DNA from: an uncultured delta proteobacterium
GTDB taxonomy: Bacteria; Desulfobacterota; BSN033; UBA1163
Length of the DNA: 64,000 nucleotides
Assembly: GCA_963827685.1 (NCBI GenBank)
Contig: CAWHBU010000002.1
Coordinates: forward strand, 32,001-96,000
Direction of reading: 5' to 3'
The notes below the pieces were generated by a model. It was not told the origin of the DNA. It saw nothing but the letters and a program-made list of their open reading frames with translations, and searched no databases. This document shows, piece by piece, positions 1-9,113 of the stretch. Within the stretch, counting starts at the first letter, position 1, and each line of letters opens with the position of its first letter. A program made the translations under genes and the position numbers.

Positions 1-223
1 CAGCCCCGCAGTGGTCGAAGTGGGAGTGGGAGACCACCAGGTACTTAAGCTTTTTGGGCTCGAAATCAATTTTTGATAACTGTATTTCTAGAGACGGTGC
101 TATCCAGCTCATTCCACCGCCGATAATCATCATGTCTCTGCCCCGGAGCAGGTACAGGCAATTTTCCCTTGCGCCTAAAAAATCTAACCGGTCGCTGACT
201 TTTCCCGGCTCTCTAATCCACAT
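1..223 (-). CDS. MBL-fold metallo-hydrolase, N-terminal part (runs off the window edge; not in ORF track)
   Basis: Manual translation from ATG at 223 with GAGGAG RBS gives MWIREPGKVSDRLDFLG...LKYLVVSHSHFDHCGA, containing the HxHxDH motif. Confidence 0.85.
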   Translation of the reverse strand, partial: MWIREPGKVSDRLDFLGARENCLYLLRGRDMMIIGGGMSWIAPSLEIQLSKIDFEPKKLKYLVVSHSHFDHCGA

Positions 224-289
224 GTCAGCTCCTCGTTGTTTCCTAAAGATATCTTGGGGAGGGTTCTTGTAATCTGGTTCAATAACAAT

Positions 290-1398
290 TAATACAAACG
301 TCCTAAATAAAGTGACATAACAGTTTATTTATGTTAATATGTGGGCATGAAAAATCCCACATTAATCTTAGAGCATAAAGAGGCCAATAAAGAGCATTTA
401 TTAGCATTAGCCGAACAAATATCAGGGGCTTGGATAGGCATAAAGATAGCCGCCTTACTCCTGGTGCTTGAAGGGCAACGTCCGGGATGGATAACCGAGG
501 TGTTAGGGTTGACCCGGATGAGTTTAAGCCGATGGATTCACGGGGTGAACAAAGACGGCTTAGAGTTCTTAAAATCCAAGCCAAGATCGGGAAGGCCTCC
601 ACGGTTAGAGACAAAGATTCAAAGGGTGCTGGAGGGACACTTAGAGAAGTCTCCGCGGGAATTTGGTTTAAACCGGACTCAATGGGATGGGCCAACGGTT
701 GCGATTCATCTGAAACGGTCTTTCGGGATAAACCTGAAGGTGCGGCAAGCCCAACGCTGGATGCATCATTTGGGTTATCGGTTAAAGAGAGCGAGTTATT
801 CTTATCTTCAAGCACAAAGCCAAGAAGCCCGAAAGTTCCAGCGGGCTTTAAAAAAAACTTGAGTCCCTGGGGCCAAAAGAGACAATTGTATTCCAGGATG
901 AGACAGGCTTTACGATGCACCCCAGGCTTAGCCGGGGCTGGGCGAAAAAAGGAAAGCGTCTTAAGATTCCCACGACCAGCCAGCATCGTATCCGTTTGAA
1001 TATCTCTGGGTGGGTCAATCCTTTGCTTGGACGCTATGGCATGATTCAGACAAAACGGGGGGATAGAGAAGGGTTTCTCAAACTTTTGCGCCACCTCTAT
1101 GGAAGGCTTAAAGGATATACCATTTGGCTTTATGTCGACAGGGCCCGCTGGCACAGAGGCGATCCCATCGAACAATTTCTTAAAAAACATCCGAGGCTCC
1201 ATATCGAATATTTACCCCCGTATCAACCGGGATTAAACGTGCAAGAACGGATTTGGCGCAGTGTTCGCTATGAATCCACCACCAACCGTTGGTTTGAAAA
1301 CCTTGATAATCTTTGGTCTGTCGTTTGTAAAACAACTCGCTCATGGTCTTGTCAAAAGATTCGTAGGCTATGTAACATTACTTAATGCGTTTGTATTA
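290..1398 (+). mobile_element. IS630-family insertion sequence
   Basis: Imperfect ~30-bp terminal inverted repeats (TAATACAAACGTCCTAAATAAAGTGACATA vs reverse complement of right end TAATACAAACGCATTAAGTAATGTTACATA), TA at both ends, encloses a two-part transposase. Confidence 0.9.
341..1385 (+). CDS. IS630 transposase, split by probable -1 frameshift at A-run 850-857
   Basis: ORF 341-862 has HTH domains (SGRPPRL, WDGPTV); the other frame continues FQDETGF and carries the DDE domain (VDRARWH, LPPYQPGLNVQERIW). Confidence 0.88.
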
Positions 1399-1439
1399 GA
1401 TACAAACTATTTTATTGGTCTCTCCATTTTTGTCCTGTG

Positions 1440-1620
1440 TCAAGGGCAAACCCCATGTTTTTATTGCCAAGCTTTTTTTCCATGGAAACGAAAAAGTATC
1501 TGCACCGCCACCCCGTGGATTCTTGATTGGAATATATCTATTTTATGAAAATTGGTCAACCGAAACTTTCAGAAAGAAAGAGTCAAAAAAGTGGGCCGTT
1601 TGTTCCACCTACAAATCTTG
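1440..1620. repeat. Dispersed degenerate intergenic repeat, copy 1
   Basis: ttttccatggaaacgaaaaagtatctgcaccgccacccc...gaaaattggtcaaccgaaactttcagaaa aligns by eye with 7180-7281 and continues in 8722-8772. Confidence 0.75.
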
Positions 1621-1878
1621 CTCTGGAACGATTCTGGGATTCAACGATTACGGGTGGAAATCAGGAACTCCAAATGAATAGTTGAGAATCATACCGAAAC
1701 ATTTTCGATGGTATGAAAACAGAAGATCTATAGCAGAAATACGCGCTTGCGGCCGAACCTTCTTGTTAAGTCAAGCCGCCCCTAACTGTGCTGAACGAAA
1801 TTTGACTGGGTAGAAAGTGAGTAACGATGTTGGCTGAAGACTTCACGGGTTCCATTTGCCGAGGAGCGCCAGCGGCGG

Positions 1879-2718
1879 TTATTTGGCCATTGCCGCGGCT
1901 TCCGCAGCGCAATCGCGCAGAGGTTTGAGCCCTTTGGCGCGAACGGCCGCGAGTTCGGCCTTGGCGGCCTCCAGATCAGCACGGAATGTGGGATCGGCAT
2001 GCAGTCGAGCGACAGTGCCTGCTCCCATGAAACGCCCCTCAATCACGTCGCTCTGCCAATGTACGTTGCATATCACACGGTTCTCTCCGAAAGCCCGGCC
2101 CCGTGCGAGGATCACATTGGTCTGCTCCGGGGCAATCTCACTCAGGATGAGCGCCCAGGCCCAGCCGACAGCGGCATGCCCGGAAGGATACGAGCCATTC
2201 TTTATCAAGAGTTTTTCCTCATCCGGTGTGCAGGTGGGTTCCTTGTTCACGACGAACGGACGAGTACGACTGTAATGATTCTTGGCCGTGTAGGTGGAAA
2301 GGCCAGCGTCAGTAAGAGTTCGACGGAGTAGCATGTAGAGATGCGGCACGTCCTGTTCCGTGATCGGGGCGTTCAATGCACAGGAGAACGTACCGGCCGC
2401 CCGTGGAAACATCAGGTTCGCGTCCTCCGTCGCCAGCGTCCAGCGCGGCGTACCGCGCAAAGCCAGACCCTTTCGGCTGACCTCCTCGTCGTATGCCAGA
2501 GCGGCCGAGCCTGCGGCGGGAGGAGGGGGAATCAGGGCAAGGCTATTAGGGAGCGCTTTGGGCGGTAGATAGCCAGCCAGAATGCCCGGACGAATCTCAG
2601 GCACGGCAGCCGGCTGACTTAGCCTGCCGGAACTCGCACAACCCGTGGTGAGAGCAAGGCACGCCAGCACAGCAACCAATGCAAACAAGATAGAACAGTT
2701 TTTCATGATACATCTCAT
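1879..2718 (-). CDS. Class A non-specific acid phosphatase (PAP2 family), probable lipoprotein
   Basis: Motifs KNHYSRTRP, SYPSGH, NRVICNVHWQSD; signal/lipobox-like LALTTGC; AGGAGA RBS before ATG 2718. Confidence 0.9.
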   Translation of the reverse strand: MRCIMKNCSILFALVAVLACLALTTGCASSGRLSQPAAVPEIRPGILAGYLPPKALPNSLALIPPPPAAGSAALAYDEEVSRKGLALRGTPRWTLATEDANLMFPRAAGTFSCALNAPITEQDVPHLYMLLRRTLTDAGLSTYTAKNHYSRTRPFVVNKEPTCTPDEEKLLIKNGSYPSGHAAVGWAWALILSEIAPEQTNVILARGRAFGENRVICNVHWQSDVIEGRFMGAGTVARLHADPTFRADLEAAKAELAAVRAKGLKPLRDCAAEAAAMAK

Positions 2719-2859
2719 TTTCTTTCTCCTTTCTTTGCTCTTCCTTTCAAATGAATTCAAAGACTTTCGGCGTGCTTGCCTAATAATTGGTTCCAAAAAA
2801 CTGTCATTTCTTTCTTGGTTTGAGCAAAATATGCCTCGTGCTTTGGGGTCAAATCTTTA

Positions 2860-4480
2860 CGGGCTGTTGCCCAAATGATACTTGCAACGATTATACATTC
2901 GAGCTATAAGCATGGCAAGACAAATCTGGAATGGAGATATTGCCATGATGGGACAACAGACAGGAATTCAGCCGAAGATCTTCTATCATCATATGAACCT
3001 GGAACAAAGGATTCCCCGGACACACCTTCTGAGAAGGATTCAAGAGCAGATTGACTTTAACTTCATCTATGCAGAGGTCAGAGACACCTATGGGGGCAAC
3101 GGGAATGTGTCCATTCCCCCTCCTGTAATCCTGAAGATGATGTTGCTGTTAGTTCTTTACAATGTTCGATCGGAACGAGAGTTAATGGAAACGATCCCCA
3201 TGCGTTTAGACTGGCTATGGTTTTTAGGGTACGACATAGACAGTGAGGTGCCGGATCACAGTGTTTTGAGTAAAGCCAGGGCGCGGTGGGGAGTGGAAGC
3301 GTTTAGGGGGTTCTTTGAGCGAATGGTGTGGCAATGTGTGGAGGCGGGGTTAGTGGACGGCAGAAAGATCTTTGTGGATTCGAGCCTGGTGGATGCGGAT
3401 GCATCGAACAACTCCGTGATCGACACGCGATCGTTGAAGGTTCAACTCCAGGAGGGCTACAAGAAGCTGGAAGCACGATTAGAGGAAAAGAGCGAGAGCA
3501 CGGATTCCTCCAGGAGATACGTTAAAGAGAACAGCCGATACATTTCAACGACCGATCCGGATGCATCGATAGTGAATCGTGGCAAGCCCAAACTCTCCTA
3601 TCAGGTACATCGGGCCGTGGATGAGCGGAGTGAAGTGATCACGGCGATCGAGACGACAACAGGAGATGTCAATGAAGCGCATGAGATGATTCCTCTGATA
3701 GAGAGCCACCGTTTAAATACAGGGGTCAAGGCGGATACGGTGGTGGCCGACAGCAAATACGGGACGATCGAGAACTTTTTGGCCTGTCATGATAGAGGAG
3801 TAGAGGCCCACATGCCGGACTTGAGGGAAATTTCATTGAAGCGTACAGAAAAGCAGAATATCTTTGGGGAAGAGCGGTTTGAGTATGATCGGGAGAGTGA
3901 CACCTATCGTTGTCCGGCTGGGCATCGGTTGAAGCCTAGATCATTACATATGAGTCGGCAAAGTAGAGATTACGCTGCACCCAAGAAGATTTGTGCAGCA
4001 TGTGACTTAAGAGAGCAGTGTACTAGAAACAGATCAGGTCGGACAATTAAGCGACATCTGAGGCAGGAAGATCTAGACAGGATGCGAGAAGCGAGTCGAT
4101 CGGCCAAAGCGAAGCGGGATATCAAAGTGAGGCAGCATTTGATGGAGCGTTCCTATGCCAGAGGGACGCGGTATGGATATGACCGGGCACGATGGAGAGG
4201 GCTTTGGCGGGTGCAGATACAGGAATACCTGATCTCTGCTGTCCAGAACATTGAGGTTTTGCTTAGGTACGGATCTTACCTAAAGAGAAGTCCATCGGTG
4301 ATGATGGAGCAGATCAAAGGGGCTGTGACAAGGGAGATAAGGTCCTTTTCAGATTTTAAGGAGCTAATGAACTCAAAAATTGGCCGAATGGTGCTATTTG
4401 GTTTTACTTACCCTCGGCTATCATTCATGGAAACTCAAACTGTCAGATATTTTTGAATTGGGCTTTTGAGCAACAGCCCG
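2860..4480 (+). mobile_element. IS1182-family element, copy A
   Basis: Inverted repeats CGGGCTGTTGCCCAAA / TTTGAGCAACAGCCCG flanked by TTTA direct repeats at 2856-2859 and 4481-4484. Confidence 0.92.
2945..4456 (+). CDS. IS1182-family transposase
   Basis: SIPPPVILKM, PDHSVLSK, FVDSS, TTDPDA, VADSKYG, YRCPAG..C..C..C zinc region, HLMERSY. Confidence 0.92.
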   Translation: MMGQQTGIQPKIFYHHMNLEQRIPRTHLLRRIQEQIDFNFIYAEVRDTYGGNGNVSIPPPVILKMMLLLVLYNVRSERELMETIPMRLDWLWFLGYDIDSEVPDHSVLSKARARWGVEAFRGFFERMVWQCVEAGLVDGRKIFVDSSLVDADASNNSVIDTRSLKVQLQEGYKKLEARLEEKSESTDSSRRYVKENSRYISTTDPDASIVNRGKPKLSYQVHRAVDERSEVITAIETTTGDVNEAHEMIPLIESHRLNTGVKADTVVADSKYGTIENFLACHDRGVEAHMPDLREISLKRTEKQNIFGEERFEYDRESDTYRCPAGHRLKPRSLHMSRQSRDYAAPKKICAACDLREQCTRNRSGRTIKRHLRQEDLDRMREASRSAKAKRDIKVRQHLMERSYARGTRYGYDRARWRGLWRVQIQEYLISAVQNIEVLLRYGSYLKRSPSVMMEQIKGAVTREIRSFSDFKELMNSKIGRMVLFGFTYPRLSFMETQTVRYF

Positions 4481-4571
4481 TTTATCCTTGACTTTGCCTA
4501 TATTTCATGAAAGTTTCCTTCTGCCCCCAGGCTTTTCCCCTCGATTGTCGCCCACACCTTTTCTCTTTATT

Positions 4572-5444
4572 TTAAAAATTATAAATAATGGGAGCATTTA
4601 AAGATACTTGATGAATACTACAATAAGGGTGGCATTTAGCTAAAAAGAGAAAAGAAACCTTTCCTTTCAGCCCTTCCTCCTCGGTCAACGAGTCATAGTT
4701 TCCTCCTCCTTTTGAAATAACCAAGTCCGATACCTCTATCTGCCCCTTCAACTCCTGACTGATCTTTTTCAGAAAGGTGCCAGGTAAAGGCTCATGCATT
4801 CCATTTTCCATAATTTGAGCCACTTTCCCAATGCCCACTGACATAGCATCTTGTATGGTAGCGTCATTCATTATAGGGAGGGTTCTAGTGACAAAAATTA
4901 TCTTTAAATTATACATCTCACGAAGGACCTCGATCAAAAGCTTGTCAAAAACAATCTCACCACAATTATCACCGAGGTATACAAGCCTCCGGGTCTTTTT
5001 TAGCCTCCCCTTTAAACGATTCAAATTTCCTACATCGATGTCAAACTTGCCAAACCTATTGAGTTTTTCGGGTGTTCCCCCTCCTATATCCATCATCGCG
5101 TCTATTGAGTTGCCTGCTATGGTCAATTTAATGGCTTCAAGAAATGGATCACGGCTTTTCAAAACCAACTCTTTCGCAGCAGGATAAATCTCCAATGCCT
5201 TGTTATTCTGTTCCTTCTTTATTCCTTTCATAGGGTCTACTTCTCCTGAAATCTCAAGGATCTTGAACCAGACGTTCTTGATTACCTCGGGTGATGTCAC
5301 CCTCCAGTCTTCTCCTCTAAAATAGTTTAACTTTAATATTTGTTTCATAAATCTTCTAACCTGATTTTCGTCTTTCATTACCAAGTGGGCGATTCCCAAA
5401 GACATCTTTAAAATACAGGGAATACAATCAGGCCATATTTTCAT
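4572..5444 (-). CDS. DUF89/ARMT1-like damage-control phosphatase
   Basis: N-terminal DCIPC, AGNSID, GDNCGEIVFD, IMNDAT, ISKGGGNYDSL, AKC motifs. Confidence 0.9.
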   Translation of the reverse strand: MKIWPDCIPCILKMSLGIAHLVMKDENQVRRFMKQILKLNYFRGEDWRVTSPEVIKNVWFKILEISGEVDPMKGIKKEQNNKALEIYPAAKELVLKSRDPFLEAIKLTIAGNSIDAMMDIGGGTPEKLNRFGKFDIDVGNLNRLKGRLKKTRRLVYLGDNCGEIVFDKLLIEVLREMYNLKIIFVTRTLPIMNDATIQDAMSVGIGKVAQIMENGMHEPLPGTFLKKISQELKGQIEVSDLVISKGGGNYDSLTEEEGLKGKVSFLFLAKCHPYCSIHQVSLNAPIIYNF

Positions 5445-5534
5445 GAATACCTTTCCCCATTCTTTAAAAGGAATAAGATTCTAAGTAATTTGTGTTGTTA
5501 AAAGGATGAATGGGTTGCTGGGGTCGAATCTTTA

Positions 5535-7129
5535 CAGTCTGTTGAAAAACTAAGCATTTATCAGCAACCCTGAAGAAAATATTGAGTTCGAAACCTGAAA
5601 AGAGTCATCAAACCAAATAATTTAGAAAATGTCTTTGAAAGAAACGATTCCCCAAGCTGTTGGGCCACCTGGGCTTGCTTTGTGTATCCTCCTTTGGATA
5701 ACAGCTTTACCATCCTTTTTATATTCTGCGCTGTCGCCGTCATTAATACCTGTTCTCTGATAAACTTCCGCCTCCGGAATTTAGCCCTCCTCAGTCCCAT
5801 CCACTCCTTTGCTTCTCCAAATAGCTCCTCAATCCTCTTCCTCATCCTCTGCGATATCCGATAAGCCCTTGTTTGATTGATTTGCCTCGCTTGATTGATA
5901 AACTCCTCATAAATGTGATAACTGAGTGATCTGGACCTGTCCCTCGTACACTCCGCCTTCCTCGAACACACTTTGCAATCCTTCGCCCTCGCCCTATAGA
6001 CATGCTGCTTACTGGGTTTATGAATTCCCCAATATTTCAACTCCTTCCCCGACGGACAGAGAAACCGGTTTTCACCCGGATCAAAGCTAAATTGTTCTAT
6101 CGAGTAGATCCCTCGATCGTTTTGACTCCGAGAATCCATGATTGGAATGTGAGGCTGTACCTTCTCTTTGACCAGTGCATTGATAAATTCTCCCGTGGAG
6201 TACCCCTTATCTGCTCCTAAGCTCTCCGGCTTTATCCCAAAAGCAAATGGAATCCTTCGTATCTGCTTCAACGCCTTTTCGCAGTCAGTTTTCCGATCTG
6301 GTTTTCCCACATCCGCCCCTACGATGATCCGGCTCCGGTTGTCCATGATATAGGTCACTCCATGATAAAGTTGGGTGTTTGCTTTCAACGATTTCCTTGC
6401 CAGACGGGCATCCGGATCGGTCTTGGACCGATGAGTCCCATTGCTTATTTTCTGACCCCGATGGGGATAGTCGTCCCCAGGCTCCCAAGGCTCTTCTGTT
6501 ACAGGGTTTTCTCTCTCTAATTTCTCTATGTATTCTCCTGTCCCCATGGTCACCACTATTGGTTCTAGACTCTTTAAGGCCGCATTGGCTTGTACATAGG
6601 TGCTGTCCACCGTCAGATGCTTTCCTGTTAACAACCCCTGAGAGACACATTGATTCACAATCTCGTCAAAGATTCTCTGAAATAGATCGCTCTCTGAAAA
6701 CCGCTCATGCCGATTCTTGGAGAAGGTCGAATGATCTGGCACCTTGTCTTCAAGGTTCAAGCCCACAAACCACCTGTACCCAATGTGCATCTGTACTTCT
6801 TCGCATAGGCGACGCTCTGATGTGATTCCATACAGATACCCAATTAAAAGCATCCTGAGTAATACCTCCGGATCAATCGATGGACGCCCTGTATGACTGT
6901 ATAGATGCTTCACTTTGTCCCGAATGAATTTTAGATCGATATGTCTGTCGATCAATCTTAGAAGATGGTTCTCTGGAACGATATCTTCCATCCGGACATA
7001 GTAGAACATGCGCTCACTTCGTGGGTTTTCTCCTAACAATGGCTCCTCCTTTATTCAAAAGTTGCCATATTCTACCATTGTGATATATTAAAGCAAAGAA
7101 TTTATTGAATAGAGTTTTTCAACAGACTG
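5535..7129 (-). mobile_element. IS1182-family element, copy B (different element from copy A)
   Basis: 17-bp inverted repeats CAGTCTGTTGAAAAACT / AGTTTTTCAACAGACTG flanked by TTTA at 5531-5534 and 7130-7133. Confidence 0.92.
5561..7039 (-). CDS. IS1182-family transposase
   Basis: GRPSIDPEVL, PDHSTFSKNR, TVDSTY, SKTDPDA, GADKGY, CPSG..CKVC...C, RKRIEELFGEAK. Confidence 0.93.
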   Translation of the reverse strand: MLGENPRSERMFYYVRMEDIVPENHLLRLIDRHIDLKFIRDKVKHLYSHTGRPSIDPEVLLRMLLIGYLYGITSERRLCEEVQMHIGYRWFVGLNLEDKVPDHSTFSKNRHERFSESDLFQRIFDEIVNQCVSQGLLTGKHLTVDSTYVQANAALKSLEPIVVTMGTGEYIEKLERENPVTEEPWEPGDDYPHRGQKISNGTHRSKTDPDARLARKSLKANTQLYHGVTYIMDNRSRIIVGADVGKPDRKTDCEKALKQIRRIPFAFGIKPESLGADKGYSTGEFINALVKEKVQPHIPIMDSRSQNDRGIYSIEQFSFDPGENRFLCPSGKELKYWGIHKPSKQHVYRARAKDCKVCSRKAECTRDRSRSLSYHIYEEFINQARQINQTRAYRISQRMRKRIEELFGEAKEWMGLRRAKFRRRKFIREQVLMTATAQNIKRMVKLLSKGGYTKQAQVAQQLGESFLSKTFSKLFGLMTLFRFRTQYFLQGC

Positions 7130-7281
7130 TTTATCCTCGACTTTGCCTATATTTCACGAAAGCTTCCTCCTGACCCCAGGCTTTTTCCATGAAAACGAAG
7201 AAATATCTACACACCCACCCTGCGGATTCTGATTGAAATATACATATTTTGTGAAAATTGGTCAACCGAAACCTTCAGAAA

Positions 7282-8712
7282 TGTCAAGCCAAATTAGAAA
7301 TGTCCTATTCTTACCAAAGTAGAAATGTCCTGTTTTCAGGGTTGAGATTCAATGGGTCTTCCTCGTTCATAACGATGTTTACCAAACTTGAATCCCCTCC
7401 AGGGATGGTTCGTTGGGGGAGTGGATGATTTTCTCATTCTCACAACAGGCGAAGGTCTTTTCTCTGTGATCGGTCTTTCGGTGATTTCCCTGAATCTCAG
7501 GGCGCGGTTTTTATGGGTGATGCGTATGGAACCATCCATTCGATCTTGAACCATCACCTTCGAAGTATTGACCTTATCCTCAACCTGATAGAGCTTACGA
7601 TTGTGCGCCACGGTGAAGTCATTTCGCAGCGTCCTCTCTGTCTTGATACATAAAATTGCATCCAGATCCAACCCCCTCCCTAAGGGTCTGTGTAGATCGT
7701 CTCTCTCCTTAGGACTCACAGAGAACCTCCGGTTATAAATAGGAAGATACTCCTCTAAGAAAGCATTGGCTTCTTCGAGAGTCCTGATTCCTCTTAAACG
7801 CATCTCCTTGACCAGCCGGTCTTGAAGCGTCCCGAAAAGTCGCTCGATCCGACCCTTGGCCTGCGGTGAGTTCGCATGCACAACCTCCACCCCAAGCTCT
7901 CTTAAGGCCCTCTCAAAGTCGCTTAACGGCTCCTCATCATTCAACTCATCCTCGAGGGTAGGTTTCGCCGTCGATTTATACGTCTTATATCGATCCAAAT
8001 AAACGCTCAACGGTAACCCATACTTCTTGATATACCGCTTGAAACTGTCCATCGCAGGAATCGTCCCTTCATAGTCGTAAAATCTCCCAAACACTCTCCC
8101 GGTGGCATCGTCAATGTAGCCCATCAAAACACACCACGGCCCTCTCCCTTCAAACCAGTCGTGATGAGAACCATCCATCTGGACCATCTCTCCATCATGG
8201 TGCTTCCGCTCCCTCCACTGACGATGTCTCCTACGTCTCCGGGTCTTCCTCCAATCCCCCGTCCCAATAAGCCACATCCGCAAGGTCTCGTCATTGATCC
8301 GAATCCCATTTCTCTCCAGAAGCTTCTCCGAGGCCAGCGTCGGACCAAAATCTTTGTACTGCGTCCGGTAGAGGTTGATGACCCTTTCTTTAATCTTATG
8401 GGATATCCTCCGGCTTGATGGCCTCCCTCTCGATCTGTGGATGATCCCTCTGCTCCCTTCACTCCTTATTCGCTTAACGATCCTTCGAATCTGCCTCCCA
8501 CTGAGCGACAGGATCTCCGCTGCCTCTACCTGCTTGACAATCCCCTCCAGAACCTTCTCAATGACGTGCAATCGCTTTAATTCTCCTTGACGTGCCATGG
8601 ATCATGTCCTCTTCTGCCATCATGCCCTCCTCCAAAAAAAGGGCATTGTAGCATGCCTCAAAGAGGACATTTCTATTTTGGCCAATTAGGACATTATCAT
8701 TTTGGGATTACA
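7282..8712 (-). mobile_element. ISNCY / IS1202-like element
   Basis: Ends TGT...ACA with imperfect inverted repeats, each carrying two subterminal (A/T)AATGTCCT motifs. Confidence 0.85.
7336..8598 (-). CDS. ISNCY (IS1202/IS481-related) DDE transposase
   Basis: GEMVQMDGSHHDW, GYIDDATG, SPQAKGRIERLFGTLQDRL; N-terminal HTH. Confidence 0.9.
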   Translation of the reverse strand: MARQGELKRLHVIEKVLEGIVKQVEAAEILSLSGRQIRRIVKRIRSEGSRGIIHRSRGRPSSRRISHKIKERVINLYRTQYKDFGPTLASEKLLERNGIRINDETLRMWLIGTGDWRKTRRRRRHRQWRERKHHDGEMVQMDGSHHDWFEGRGPWCVLMGYIDDATGRVFGRFYDYEGTIPAMDSFKRYIKKYGLPLSVYLDRYKTYKSTAKPTLEDELNDEEPLSDFERALRELGVEVVHANSPQAKGRIERLFGTLQDRLVKEMRLRGIRTLEEANAFLEEYLPIYNRRFSVSPKERDDLHRPLGRGLDLDAILCIKTERTLRNDFTVAHNRKLYQVEDKVNTSKVMVQDRMDGSIRITHKNRALRFREITERPITEKRPSPVVRMRKSSTPPTNHPWRGFKFGKHRYERGRPIESQP

Positions 8713-8764
8713 ATCTCGATAACAGGAAGAAAGAGTTAAGATAGGGGCTGCCTCTTTAACCTAC

Positions 8765-8930
8765 AAATTTTGGAGATCAATCTCCTTCGCTCCTGGCTCA
8801 CCGATCTGTCACCCACTCGGAAAAGCTCTCCTATCCCCCGCCTCTCAATCCTCCTGCCCGGTATTGTAACCCATACCCGTCTGACGAAGAACCCGTTTCT
8901 CCTCCGAAGCGGTCTTGCCTTTTCAGGGAT
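8765..8930 (-). pseudogene. Degenerate C-terminal HTH of an HUH/Y1 (RAYT-like) transposase
   Basis: Reverse strand reads, across shifting frames, ..YRAGGLRGG.IGELFRVGDRSVSQERRRL; shares a 32-nt core with 11043-11074 and 13947-13978. Confidence 0.6.
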
Positions 8931-9113
8931 TTAGCATATTCTTATATGACTTATCAACAACGAAGAATTGCCCCCATTGACCTACTCAAAGGTATTGTCT
9001 ACCTATTTTTTATGGCGGAACTTCAGAAGGCATTTTAATCCTGAAGAAGATGATTTTCATTGCAAAAATCCTCGCTTTAAAGGAAAATGAAGAAAAATAA
9101 AGGAGGTTTTGCT

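Noticed and set aside
303-1202. 299-aa minus-strand ORF and 170-aa ORF 487-999
   Set aside because: Antisense/alternate-frame shadows of the IS630 transposase with no motifs.
1760-1800. GTTAAG...CCTAAC, possible integron attC core
   Set aside because: Order and spacing do not fit an attC hairpin, and no integron integrase is present.
1856-2572. Several plus-strand ORFs over the acid phosphatase
   Set aside because: Shadow ORFs of a GC-rich gene.
8713-8745. Possible dif/xrs site beside the IS1202-like element
   Set aside because: Only a weak XerC-like half (CGATAA); no TTATGT-type XerD arm.
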